DNA of 61,881 nt, taken from a candidate division TM6 bacterium GW2011_GWF2_38_10. Lineage in GTDB: Bacteria > Babelota > Babeliae > Babelales > RVW-14. The notes under the pieces were generated by a model. The model was not told the origin of the DNA. It ran no database searches and was given only the letters and a program-made list of their open reading frames with translations. Location of the stretch: NCBI GenBank assembly GCA_000992305.1, contig LBTY01000008.1:889-62769 (forward strand), written 5' to 3'. Positions 40,985 through 50,853 of the stretch are shown in pieces. Position 1 is the stretch's first letter; every line of letters starts with the position of its first letter. A program made the translations under genes and the position numbers.

Positions 40985-42394
40985 ATGATGACAAATACAC
41001 CAGACCGGTTAAAGCAAACGACCGGCGCCATCGTTGGCAAAGTACGAACATATAATGATGTTGTTGAATATCTTGATGGATTAAAACCATCAGAATATTC
41101 TGAAGCCGTTATAACCAGAATGCAAAAACTTGATCAACTTCTTGGCAACGTATCAACAAAACTTGATACCATCTTGGTTGCTGGATCCAATGGCAAAAGC
41201 TTAACTATGCACTTTGCTGCAAAATTACTCAAAGAAGAAGGCTTTAAGGTTGGTGTTGCATACTCATCACATTTTCTTACCTACAACGAACGCCTGTGCT
41301 TTGAAGCTCAACAAATTAACAATAAACAGTTTACCGACGTTGTAAACGAAGTTATTAACACCGCACAAACGCATAACATCCAGGCTACCGCTCATGAAAT
41401 CATGACCATGGCAGCGTTGCTGCATTTTGTAAATGAAAAAGTTGATATTATTCTTTTGGAAGTTGCATGCGGCGGCAAATGGGATCCAACAACAATTTGT
41501 CATCCCAAAATCGCTGCTATTACACGTATAGCGCAAGATCAACGCAACATCAACAATCAAGATCTTGATGCTGTAGCGTTTGAAATGCTCGAAATAACAA
41601 AACCAGGAACCTGGTTTATTTCAGCAGAACAAAGTAAAATTCGTTTACAAAAAATGAGAACATTCACACTTGAACGTGGAGCACAATGGGCGATGCCTAT
41701 TCGTAAATTAGCCTTTCTTCCCTATATTTATGAACAACTTTATGGCCGTATTGCATCTCTTGGTGAACGCATTGCTCAAATGTATGTTGAAGATATCAAA
41801 GGTAAATTTTCCCCATTCCTTCGCGGCAATCTTCTTGCCACACAAAAAGGACAACGTGGCAGACCAACGCTTGAAGCTAAGCGTTATTCAGAACTCAACC
41901 CCCTCAGAACACTCAAGACATTTTGGGCTGAACACTTTGATCTTCCAAAGGGACGCTATGAATTATTTGATAAAGAAAAACCAACCATAGTCCTTGATAA
42001 TGCTACAAATCTTGATGCCTATGAAAACTTATTCTTAGGCGTACGTCTTTTGCATTACCAAAAACCACTTGAAGGATTTGCATTAGTTCTTGGCGTGGAA
42101 AAAAACATTGCACTTGATGAAGCAATGAAAACAATCCGCTACTTATTCAAAAAGGTTCCAGGCCAACTCTTTTTTGTTCCAATCCCTGGTCATACCGTAC
42201 AATACCATGAGCCTCAAGAATTAGTTGCAAAAGCAAAAGAACTAAATATAAAAGCAACCGCCTGTTCAAACTTAGCGCAAGCTTTTGAACAAGCAAAACA
42301 AGTTGTTGATGAACGCAACGGACTTGTTGCCATTGCCGGTGCTGCGCAAATTATTTCAGAATACTGGAACAATAGAGGAATTAAAAAGTTTTAA
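40985..42394 (+). CDS. Divergent FolC-like (Mur ligase fold) protein
   Basis: VAGSNGKS, SSHFLTYNER and LLEVACGGKWD align with FolC motifs, but several catalytic motifs are altered. Confidence 0.75.
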   Translation: MMTNTPDRLKQTTGAIVGKVRTYNDVVEYLDGLKPSEYSEAVITRMQKLDQLLGNVSTKLDTILVAGSNGKSLTMHFAAKLLKEEGFKVGVAYSSHFLTYNERLCFEAQQINNKQFTDVVNEVINTAQTHNIQATAHEIMTMAALLHFVNEKVDIILLEVACGGKWDPTTICHPKIAAITRIAQDQRNINNQDLDAVAFEMLEITKPGTWFISAEQSKIRLQKMRTFTLERGAQWAMPIRKLAFLPYIYEQLYGRIASLGERIAQMYVEDIKGKFSPFLRGNLLATQKGQRGRPTLEAKRYSELNPLRTLKTFWAEHFDLPKGRYELFDKEKPTIVLDNATNLDAYENLFLGVRLLHYQKPLEGFALVLGVEKNIALDEAMKTIRYLFKKVPGQLFFVPIPGHTVQYHEPQELVAKAKELNIKATACSNLAQAFEQAKQVVDERNGLVAIAGAAQIISEYWNNRGIKKF

Positions 42395-42410
42395 GATATA
42401 CACCTTTTTT

Positions 42411-42454
42411 AAAAAAATAGGTTGTTGACTCATTAATCAACAACCTATTTTTTT
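42411..42454. terminator. Bidirectional terminator
   Basis: AAAAAAATAGGTTGTTGA-N8-TCAACAACCTATTTTTTT between convergent genes. Confidence 0.85.
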
Positions 42455-42472
42455 TATCGATCAGATCAATGA

Positions 42473-42844
42473 TTAGATGACAGGAAGTATTGGCATTTGT
42501 TCCTTTTTTACCACTGTCATTCTTTTTGATGTAACTCTTTTAGGAGCTTTTTTAGCTGCCTTTTTAGCTACTTTTCTGACTGGTTTTGCAACCTTTTTTA
42601 CGACCTTTTTGGCAGGTTTTGCTATTTTTTTAACAACCTTTTTCTTAGGAGCAGCTTTTTTTACAGCCTTTTTGACTGCTTTTTTTGCTACAACTTTTTT
42701 AGCAACTTTTTTAACTGCCTTTTTTACAACCTTTTTAGGGGCTGCTTTTTTAACAGCTTTTTTAGTTACTTTTTTAGCAACCTTTTTGACTGCCTTCTTT
42801 GCAACAGCTTTTTTAACTGCAGCTTTTTTCTTCATAATTGCCAT
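42473..42844 (-). CDS. Histone H1-like Lys/Ala/Val-rich DNA-binding protein
   Basis: Tandem KKAV/KKVA/AAPKK repeats; AAGGAG ribosome-binding site upstream. Confidence 0.85.
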   Translation of the reverse strand: MAIMKKKAAVKKAVAKKAVKKVAKKVTKKAVKKAAPKKVVKKAVKKVAKKVVAKKAVKKAVKKAAPKKKVVKKIAKPAKKVVKKVAKPVRKVAKKAAKKAPKRVTSKRMTVVKKEQMPILPVI

Positions 42845-42915
42845 GATACTTCTCCTTCTAAACTCCCTTTAAGGAAACAACACACTTACATTACCATTTC
42901 AAAACTATTTCACAA

Positions 42916-45570
42916 CTATTCTTTTGTTCTTCCTATGGTGACTGTCCAAAACCGACTTCGCTTACAGTACTGTTTTGCTCGCTCATTTACATCTTCTAAT
43001 TTTAGTATAGACAATAAACTAGGCTGTTTGTCAAATAAATTAAAATTTAAATTAAATCTTTTTAGAAATAGAAATGTCTGAGCAATATTAAGATTATTCT
43101 CAAAAAGCTCTACAGATGAAGATATCGCAACATCCTTTGCCATCAAAAATTCTTCCTTCGTTACACCTTTTTTTTCAAGCAACTCAAGTGCACCAAAAAT
43201 AATTTCTATTGCACTTTTGGTTTTTTCAGGTGAAACAAGTGTCTTAATAAACGCCAGCCCAGGAGCTTCCTGAGCACCATGCAACAACGATCCTCCAATT
43301 GCATAAAAAAGTCCATGCTGTTCTCGTAACTCAAAAAGACGAGAGTTGCTTGAACTTTGAGCACCTCCAGTAAAAATAATATCCAACAAAGCCAAAGCAT
43401 GAAAATCACTATCTAGCCGAGCAATCGAAGGGGCCGCAAACGCAAGCGCTACTTGATCTCGAGACACGATTATTTTTTTATCACGAGGTTGTTGTACCAC
43501 CAACGAAGGAAAAATAAATGGATCTACAACCGGCCCATGCCACGCCCCAAATGAAGCATCCAACTGCTGTTTTATACGAGTACGATCAACATCTCCTACA
43601 ACAACCAGTATAGACCCTTGAGGCGAAATAAGGCGAGTAAAACAATCTTGTAAATCTTGAACCGTCAACGCTGCAATACTTTCTTTAGTCCCTTCCGAAG
43701 GCTTGCCATAAGGATGATCGCCATACACTAACGATTTAACAACTTGGTCAATAAACACAATAGGCGTATCCCAATAATCATGCAACTCATGCAAAATTTG
43801 AGCTCTAATTTTTTCAATATTCTCATGCGAAAATGACGGTCTTGTGAGTAAATGCGCCATCATTTCAAGCAACGCAGCACTATCTACGCCAAGGCTAAGA
43901 CCAGAAAGATAATCGCCACTCGCACCAATATACAAACCATTTTGCTCAAGCAACGTACTCAGCTCCTGAGACCCATAATCGGCCGAACAATCAGTCAACA
44001 AACGCAACAAAAATAAAAAGCACCCTTCTTTGCCCGGCAGATCATACAAAGAACTTCCCTTGCACTTTAACATCACCGCAACATTAGGCGCCAAGGTATT
44101 GTGGTAATAAACAACCTCTAACCCATTGTCAAGCGTAAATATTTCTGGTTTTGGAAATGAAAATTCAGCATGCTTACCATACACCAGCGTATCTGCAAAT
44201 TTAACTGGCTCAATTGGAGATGTTCTTATCAATTGAACCGAAAGCGCATCTTCATGTGCAAGTTGCTCGGCTTGCATTTTTTCAAGCACAGCATGCCGAT
44301 CATCACACGGCAATAAAACGCCACGACAAGCATACCCTTGGCACAAATATGAGGTAACAAACTGTGTAATATCCTCCGACTTTAATGCATCAAGTTGGTC
44401 AAAATAATCCTGCAAAAAAGTTGTTTTTTGCGTTGCAAGATACGCCGTTCCAATCAATGAAGCTTGTTTTTCAAAACTTTCCAAAAGAGCCGAATAATCA
44501 AATAACGCTTTTTTTCGCGCCCCTTGCAGCTCCCAATCTTCCACTCCATCGTGAGATAATCGCTCAATTTCTTGAGCAATAATAACCCAAATGCGCTCGA
44601 TATCTTCTTTGGATTTTGGATACACAGAAATACTCAATACTCCAGCCTGGAAAAAACTTACCAGAGAACACTCAACATCAAGAGCAATCCCCTCTTGTTC
44701 AACTAACCGCCGATATAAACGAGAACTTTTTCCATTGCCTAAAATAAGCGCCGCAATGTCAAAAATAACATTAACACCAGCCTCGGCCCCTGGCACCAGA
44801 TACAAAAAGCAAACCCATGGAATAGACACCGGGCGATAAAGCGTTACTTCACGTGTCACAAGGTCTGAAAATAACGGTATGCTTTTTTTGGTATATGCCT
44901 TTGGAGCAGGAATGCTTCCAAGCAACCGCTGCGCGGCATCAAAAACATCCTCCACCTGCACATCACCAACCACAACAAGCGTTGCGTTTTTAGGATGATA
45001 ATGCTGGTGATAAAAATCAAGTAAATCATCATGCGTTAATGAACAAATAGAAGCATGGCGCCCAATAACCGGAACCCCATAGGGATGCTCAGGCCAAAGG
45101 GCAGCAAACAATAAATCATAAAGATAACTGGCATAATCATCTTTATACATGCGCAATTCTTCAATAATGGCCTGTAATTCAGAAGCCAACATCTGCTCAT
45201 CAAATCTTGCCGACTGCATACATTCTGCAAAAACCTGCACCGCCACCTCCCAGTGAGCCCGAGGCAAGCGAAACGTATACCCAGTATAATCTTGCGATGT
45301 AAACGCGTTAGCAACGCCAGTAAGCTTATGCGTAATCACATTGATATCGGTCTCAGAAAGAGCCGCTGTACCTTTAAAAAGCATATGCTCAATAACATGG
45401 GCTATTCCCTTTTTATCGCAAGGCTCATCTTTGGCCCCAACATGATACAACAAATGAGTCTCAACGCGAGGGATATGATGACATGAGCGCACCAATACCG
45501 TCAGCCCATTAGCTAAAACTCTTTTTTCAGGAATAACCATGATATCGCTACTATGCTTTTTTTTTACCAT
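42916..45570 (-). CDS. M16 family zinc peptidase (two fused halves)
   Basis: HVIEH (HxxEH) motif, NAFTS, HPYG repeated, second LDNGL start. Confidence 0.92.
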   Translation of the reverse strand: MVKKKHSSDIMVIPEKRVLANGLTVLVRSCHHIPRVETHLLYHVGAKDEPCDKKGIAHVIEHMLFKGTAALSETDINVITHKLTGVANAFTSQDYTGYTFRLPRAHWEVAVQVFAECMQSARFDEQMLASELQAIIEELRMYKDDYASYLYDLLFAALWPEHPYGVPVIGRHASICSLTHDDLLDFYHQHYHPKNATLVVVGDVQVEDVFDAAQRLLGSIPAPKAYTKKSIPLFSDLVTREVTLYRPVSIPWVCFLYLVPGAEAGVNVIFDIAALILGNGKSSRLYRRLVEQEGIALDVECSLVSFFQAGVLSISVYPKSKEDIERIWVIIAQEIERLSHDGVEDWELQGARKKALFDYSALLESFEKQASLIGTAYLATQKTTFLQDYFDQLDALKSEDITQFVTSYLCQGYACRGVLLPCDDRHAVLEKMQAEQLAHEDALSVQLIRTSPIEPVKFADTLVYGKHAEFSFPKPEIFTLDNGLEVVYYHNTLAPNVAVMLKCKGSSLYDLPGKEGCFLFLLRLLTDCSADYGSQELSTLLEQNGLYIGASGDYLSGLSLGVDSAALLEMMAHLLTRPSFSHENIEKIRAQILHELHDYWDTPIVFIDQVVKSLVYGDHPYGKPSEGTKESIAALTVQDLQDCFTRLISPQGSILVVVGDVDRTRIKQQLDASFGAWHGPVVDPFIFPSLVVQQPRDKKIIVSRDQVALAFAAPSIARLDSDFHALALLDIIFTGGAQSSSNSRLFELREQHGLFYAIGGSLLHGAQEAPGLAFIKTLVSPEKTKSAIEIIFGALELLEKKGVTKEEFLMAKDVAISSSVELFENNLNIAQTFLFLKRFNLNFNLFDKQPSLLSILKLEDVNERAKQYCKRSRFWTVTIGRTKE

Positions 45571-47864
45571 AACACATCCTCACCTACTCCCTTTTTTTTC
45601 ATTAATAATTCTGGGGCGCAACTCACATCTGAAGCCTTATCTAAAACCCCACCATGTACCTTGAATCCCAAATTCACAATCGTATCAATAAACTCCATGG
45701 GCTTAACCCCAAGTTCCGCCGCCTGATGAAACAGGCAAGTCGCTGGCGTAAGCGCAGGCAACGTATTAAACTCTATAATAACAACCCGCGGCGCGCCTGT
45801 TTTGCTTTGAGCCGCCGACTGATAAAAACAATCAATACGAGCGTACCCCTTGCACCCAATTGCCTTGAATGCCGCTGCCATTGTTTTTTGCACCAAGGCT
45901 ATTGCATCGCTTGAAATCAATGCTGGGGTTTGATTTTCACCAGCACCTGGCAAAAATTTTTCCTCTAATGACAATATGCCCTTGTTGGCAACAACTTGAG
46001 ATGGCACAAGCGCAGTAACATCATCATTACCAACCACCCCACACGTCAGCTCTGTTCCAACAATGCATTCTTCAATAAGTGCATGCTGTTTATTGGTAGC
46101 AAACATTGCTGCAATTTTTTCCTCAAGTTCTTGAGGATTGTGGGCTTTGCCCACCATAACGCTGCACCCATCATCATGCGGCTTTATAATCACAGGGAAC
46201 GTAATGCCGGGTAGGTTATTGCAAAAACGCGCGCGGCGCTCAACATCGTACTCTTCCCACTCTTTACGCGCCAACAAAAAAGAATCCGGCACATCAAAAC
46301 CCTGATGGCGTAAATATGATGTTGTTTTAAATTTATCCATACACAAAGCACTAACAAGCACGCCAGAACCATTATATGGCAATTTGAGCATTTCAAGGGC
46401 ACCTTGAACCGACCCTCCCTCACCTTTACCACCATGTAATCCCAAAAAGACAAAGTCCGCAAGTTGTGGCAATTCAGACCACGATATGCGCATTGCATCA
46501 TCAAGATGAGCTGCTATTTCGCGCGTTGAATTTTTAATCAAATGACGCTGAGATAACCGGTACAACTCCATGGTTTCATGCACAAAAACAGGAATAACTT
46601 CATATTTTTTAGGTGATAGTTTATAACAAACATTACGTCCCGATTCTAGTGAAATTTCTCGTTCATTAGAATCCCCACCCAAAAGAACTATAACCCGTTT
46701 TTTCTCTTCTGCCGCTGCTACCATAATCCCTTCCTTTTCACGCTGATGCGAAGCCATTGCCGATAATCCATAATGCACCAATTCATTCTCAATTAAAAAA
46801 TTAATTAACGTTGTATGGCTCATCCCGATCTCTGCCGCCTGATGAAATAAAAATGTTGCAGGCGACATTCCAGTAAGCGTATTTGGATCAATCAAAACAA
46901 TCCGACCATCCCGCGCCACAAAACCATCGATGCGAGAAATAGTAGTAAAACCAAGAAGATCAGATGCTTGCATGCACGTTTTTACAATTGCATCAGCCTG
47001 CTCGCAAGAAAAAGGAGCTGGAGTAATTTTAGTGGCTCGCCCCGGCATATATTTTTGTTCATAGTCAAAAATATCAGAAGTCATCTCTGGAATAACCTGT
47101 GTTAACGGAAGAGCCATCCATTCCTTAGTTACAAGCGCATTGTGCTTTGAAACTTTTTGCAATAAAACACAAACAAATTCCATTCCATCAATTTTTTCTT
47201 CAACGATAACATCTTGCTTATGATGAGCATCAGCAGACGAAGCTGCAACAACTGCAGCATGAATATCTTCTATGTTTTTAACACACGAGATACCAAGACT
47301 CGATCCTTCGTGAAAAGGTTTTACGATTACTGGCAAGTGAACACCAACTCCAGATAACCGCTCAACAACATCCTCGGCCGTTAACGATTCAATTTCATAA
47401 GCCGCAAGCGTAATACCTCGTGGAACCTCTATGCCATGCGCCTTAAATAAATCCTTTTGTTTGGATTTATTCATTCCCAAAGCACTCCCAAGCACCTTGG
47501 TGCCCAAGTAAGGAATACCCAAAACATCAAGCATCCCTTGCAAAGTTCCATCTTCCGCATACCGCCCATGAACCGCAACATACACAAAATCAACCATTGT
47601 TTTAAGCTGATCCCATGTTATACATTGAGCCTCTTTTTGTAACCGATGATAAAAATCAGAAATCTTGCCACGGTGCAAAAAATGCCACGGCAAAACATAC
47701 AAAATGCCCTCTGCCGTCTGAAAAATAGGCACTATTTCATAAGCATCAGTATCAAGATGATCACAAATTGTTCGACCGGAATTAAACGAAACCTCGCGTT
47801 CAATCGAGCGGCCACCCATAAAAACGCCAATCCTTAACTTATGTGCACTACGCGCCCCAAACAT
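45564..47864 (-). CDS. ddl: Tandem double-domain D-Ala--D-Ala ligase
   Basis: Two full Ddl units: GGRSIEREVS...HGRYAEDG...GSSLG and GGDSNEREIS...HGGKGEGG...IEFNTLP. Confidence 0.9.
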   Translation of the reverse strand: MFGARSAHKLRIGVFMGGRSIEREVSFNSGRTICDHLDTDAYEIVPIFQTAEGILYVLPWHFLHRGKISDFYHRLQKEAQCITWDQLKTMVDFVYVAVHGRYAEDGTLQGMLDVLGIPYLGTKVLGSALGMNKSKQKDLFKAHGIEVPRGITLAAYEIESLTAEDVVERLSGVGVHLPVIVKPFHEGSSLGISCVKNIEDIHAAVVAASSADAHHKQDVIVEEKIDGMEFVCVLLQKVSKHNALVTKEWMALPLTQVIPEMTSDIFDYEQKYMPGRATKITPAPFSCEQADAIVKTCMQASDLLGFTTISRIDGFVARDGRIVLIDPNTLTGMSPATFLFHQAAEIGMSHTTLINFLIENELVHYGLSAMASHQREKEGIMVAAAEEKKRVIVLLGGDSNEREISLESGRNVCYKLSPKKYEVIPVFVHETMELYRLSQRHLIKNSTREIAAHLDDAMRISWSELPQLADFVFLGLHGGKGEGGSVQGALEMLKLPYNGSGVLVSALCMDKFKTTSYLRHQGFDVPDSFLLARKEWEEYDVERRARFCNNLPGITFPVIIKPHDDGCSVMVGKAHNPQELEEKIAAMFATNKQHALIEECIVGTELTCGVVGNDDVTALVPSQVVANKGILSLEEKFLPGAGENQTPALISSDAIALVQKTMAAAFKAIGCKGYARIDCFYQSAAQSKTGAPRVVIIEFNTLPALTPATCLFHQAAELGVKPMEFIDTIVNLGFKVHGGVLDKASDVSCAPELLMKKKGVGEDVLW

Positions 47865-48142
47865 AACAAGCCTTTCACAACAACATGCAATACTTATATT
47901 TTCTTATATATTTAATTTTTTTTATATTACCCTCAACACGCTTGTGTTTTATAGGTATATTTTTCTATCTATTGTACACAAAAAAAAATAAAAAAAGGAA
48001 TCAATTTGACAAGGAACGTTCTTTTTTTATAACAGGAATTTTTCTAAACAAACAAAGCAACAAAAGAGCATTGCAATAACCCTCAAATTCGCTATGCTAC
48101 AAATCGACACTTTACCAACAAATTATCCCAACCCTCAATATA

Positions 48143-48730
48143 ATGACTATGATAAAAAAACTATTTAAACAATTAAAAAACACACAATTTATCAACACTG
48201 CGTTTCACTATCTAGCATACGGCATTGCCCGCTTGCTCATAAGTACGTATCGTGTACGAGTAACCTACGCTCCTGGCGTTGATAAAAATCTCATGGCAAA
48301 CAAAGGTGTTTTTTATTTTTGGCATCAACAAATCATTCCTGGCATGACATTGTTTTTCAAAGAAAAAGCAACAGGCTACTGCGTTGTAAGCCCAAGCGGC
48401 GACGGAAAGATTGCTGGTTTTATTTGCCAAAAGCTTGGCTTTACCGTGCTCTACGGCTCATCAAACAAGTCGCCCATTACGCTTCTACGCAACGCACTAA
48501 AAGCACTTGAAGAAAGGAACCAACTGTGCATTGTTGGCGATGGATCACGCGGCCCAGCATTTCAACTACAACCCGGCATTCGCTATCTTGCCCAAAAAGG
48601 CAATGTCCCCATTATTTTTGTAGAATGCTCCTCATCACGGCATATTACCCTCAAAAAAAGTTGGGATCAGTTTCAAATTCCGCTGCCGTTTAGCACCATT
48701 ACCATAACCATCCATGCACCCGAATGGTAA
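48143..48730 (+). CDS. DUF374 lysophospholipid acyltransferase-like protein
   Basis: FWH, SPSGDG, GSS, DGSRGP, SWDQFQIPLPF motifs. Confidence 0.88.
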   Translation: MTMIKKLFKQLKNTQFINTAFHYLAYGIARLLISTYRVRVTYAPGVDKNLMANKGVFYFWHQQIIPGMTLFFKEKATGYCVVSPSGDGKIAGFICQKLGFTVLYGSSNKSPITLLRNALKALEERNQLCIVGDGSRGPAFQLQPGIRYLAQKGNVPIIFVECSSSRHITLKKSWDQFQIPLPFSTITITIHAPEW

Positions 48731-48733
48731 GTT

Positions 48734-50710
48734 ATGTACGTTACGGTTCGCCTTTTAAACAGATTCGATAAAGACCTTTGGTACCACGTTCCCGCAAAAC
48801 ACCAAACCACGATAAAGCCCGGCATACTCATTATGGTGCCGCTACAAAAACGTCAAGAATATGCTCTGGTTACTGACTGTTTTTCAAAACTCCCACAAAA
48901 GCCAACCTTTACCATCAAAGACATCCTTGGGCCCATTGACTTCCCTTCAGACGCACATTACCAGCAATTTATAGAAAAAATAGCACGCTACTACCTTATC
49001 TCCCCACTACACTTTTATGCTCGTATTACCACCTTTTTGCATGATAAAAAACAAGAAGACATCCCCGCCCCAAACTCACACATATTCACCACCCCAGAAA
49101 AAATACACCTTACCGATGAGCAACAAGCGATTGTAGATTACCTTGCTCCCCACCTTGACCACCCCACCTATACTCCTACGCTTATTCACGGCGTCACCGG
49201 ATCTGGTAAAACCGAAGTGTATAAAAAAATCATAGAACAGTGTATTCACAATAACAAAACAGTTATCATGCTCTTACCGGAAGTTTCTTTGAGCCTCCAG
49301 TTTGAACGTCTTTTTAAAACGCACCTCCCCCATATTGTAAGTTTTGGTTTTCATTCAGCAACCACACCAGCAGAACGCCGAGCATTATGGGCGGCGCTCA
49401 AGGCTCAACAACCACTCCTTATTTTAGGGGTTCATCTTCCCATCATGCTCCCCATAAGTAATCTTGGGGCAATCATCATTGATGAAGAACACGAGCAAGG
49501 CTTTATCGAAAAAAAACATCCTAAAATTAACAGTAAAGAAGTTGCAATTTGGCGTGCACACACCTACCAAATTCCAATTATTCTTGGTTCGGCAACTCCA
49601 TCAATAACTTCTCTGCACAATGTCCAAAACAAACAATGGAAGCTGTTTCGTATTACCAAACGATTTGCCGGAGCTTTTCCCACCGTACGCAAAGTGTTAC
49701 TCGACACACAAGGAGCCAAGCGCCGCAAACATTTTTGGATTTCTCAAGAACTTGAGCTAGCCGTTGCTCACTGCCTTGAGCACAAAGAACAAGCGATTAT
49801 TTATCTTAACCGCCGAGGATATAGTTTTTTTGTCCAATGCAAAGCATGTGGATTTATCTTCGAATGCCCCCACTGCACGGTAAGCTTAACCTTGCACACC
49901 GTTCAGGGCAATGTACTACGCTGCCATTACTGCGACTATAAAAAAGACCTCCCAACCACCTGCCCAACCTGCTCTGCACCCGAATCACAATTTCTCAAAA
50001 AAGGGCTCGGCACCCAACAGGCAGTCAATATTTTTAAAGAACTTTTTCCCACCGCACGCATTGAGCGCGCCGACCTTGACACAACAAGTAAGAAAAGAAC
50101 ATGGAAGCTCACCGTTGAACAATTTGAACAAGGAGAAATAGATATCCTGATTGGAACACAAACCATCACAAAAGGCTATCATTTTCCGGGTGTTACTCTT
50201 GTAGGAGTTTTATGGGCCGACCTTAACCTTCACTTTCCGGTTTTTAACGCTGCCGAAAGCACATTACAACAACTTATCCAAGTAGCAGGCCGCGCCGGCA
50301 GATGCAGTTCTCAAAGCACGGTGATAATCCAAGCGCTGCAAGACCATAGCATTTTTTCGTACGTTAATGAAACATCATATCTTGATTTTTGCGCCAAAGA
50401 ACTTGAGCAACGCTTACAAATCCTTTATCCCCCAGCATGTCATCTTGCCTACGTAGAATTACGACACGCAAGCACCCAAATAGTCAAGCTTGACGCACAA
50501 ACATGCATAGACACCCTTATGGCCCTTTGTACGCAGAACAATCTCAATGTTACCCTCTTAGGCCCCGCAGAACCATTAATTTCACGTATCCAAAATGTTG
50601 AGATTCGACATATTTTTTTTAAAGCCCAATCCTTTAAAGATCTGCATACCCTTTTAAAAAACATCAACCAAACCAACTACAAAAGTTCGCTATTTGTCGT
50701 TTTTTCTTAA
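48734..50710 (+). CDS. priA: Primosomal protein N'
   Basis: GVTGSGKTEVY, DEEH, GSATPS, LNRRGY, four CxxC pairs and QVAGRAGR. Confidence 0.97.
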   Translation: MYVTVRLLNRFDKDLWYHVPAKHQTTIKPGILIMVPLQKRQEYALVTDCFSKLPQKPTFTIKDILGPIDFPSDAHYQQFIEKIARYYLISPLHFYARITTFLHDKKQEDIPAPNSHIFTTPEKIHLTDEQQAIVDYLAPHLDHPTYTPTLIHGVTGSGKTEVYKKIIEQCIHNNKTVIMLLPEVSLSLQFERLFKTHLPHIVSFGFHSATTPAERRALWAALKAQQPLLILGVHLPIMLPISNLGAIIIDEEHEQGFIEKKHPKINSKEVAIWRAHTYQIPIILGSATPSITSLHNVQNKQWKLFRITKRFAGAFPTVRKVLLDTQGAKRRKHFWISQELELAVAHCLEHKEQAIIYLNRRGYSFFVQCKACGFIFECPHCTVSLTLHTVQGNVLRCHYCDYKKDLPTTCPTCSAPESQFLKKGLGTQQAVNIFKELFPTARIERADLDTTSKKRTWKLTVEQFEQGEIDILIGTQTITKGYHFPGVTLVGVLWADLNLHFPVFNAAESTLQQLIQVAGRAGRCSSQSTVIIQALQDHSIFSYVNETSYLDFCAKELEQRLQILYPPACHLAYVELRHASTQIVKLDAQTCIDTLMALCTQNNLNVTLLGPAEPLISRIQNVEIRHIFFKAQSFKDLHTLLKNINQTNYKSSLFVVFS

Positions 50711-50853
50711 AATTCAACACCCCGCCGAGCATCCTCCCATACACCATTTTACAAAAGCCTAAAAGCCCCTTATAATAGCAAACTCACACAACAATGACAT
50801 ACATTACGCCCAGCTTTAATTTATATCTATTAGTCTTTTATGATTGGAATTTT

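Noticed and set aside
42477-42872. Plus-strand 131-aa Phe/Leu/Ala/Thr-rich ORF
   Set aside because: Antisense shadow of the repetitive H1-like gene.
47885-48079. 64-aa ORF between ddl and DUF374
   Set aside because: Low-complexity AT-rich divergent promoter region with no motif or clear ribosome-binding site.
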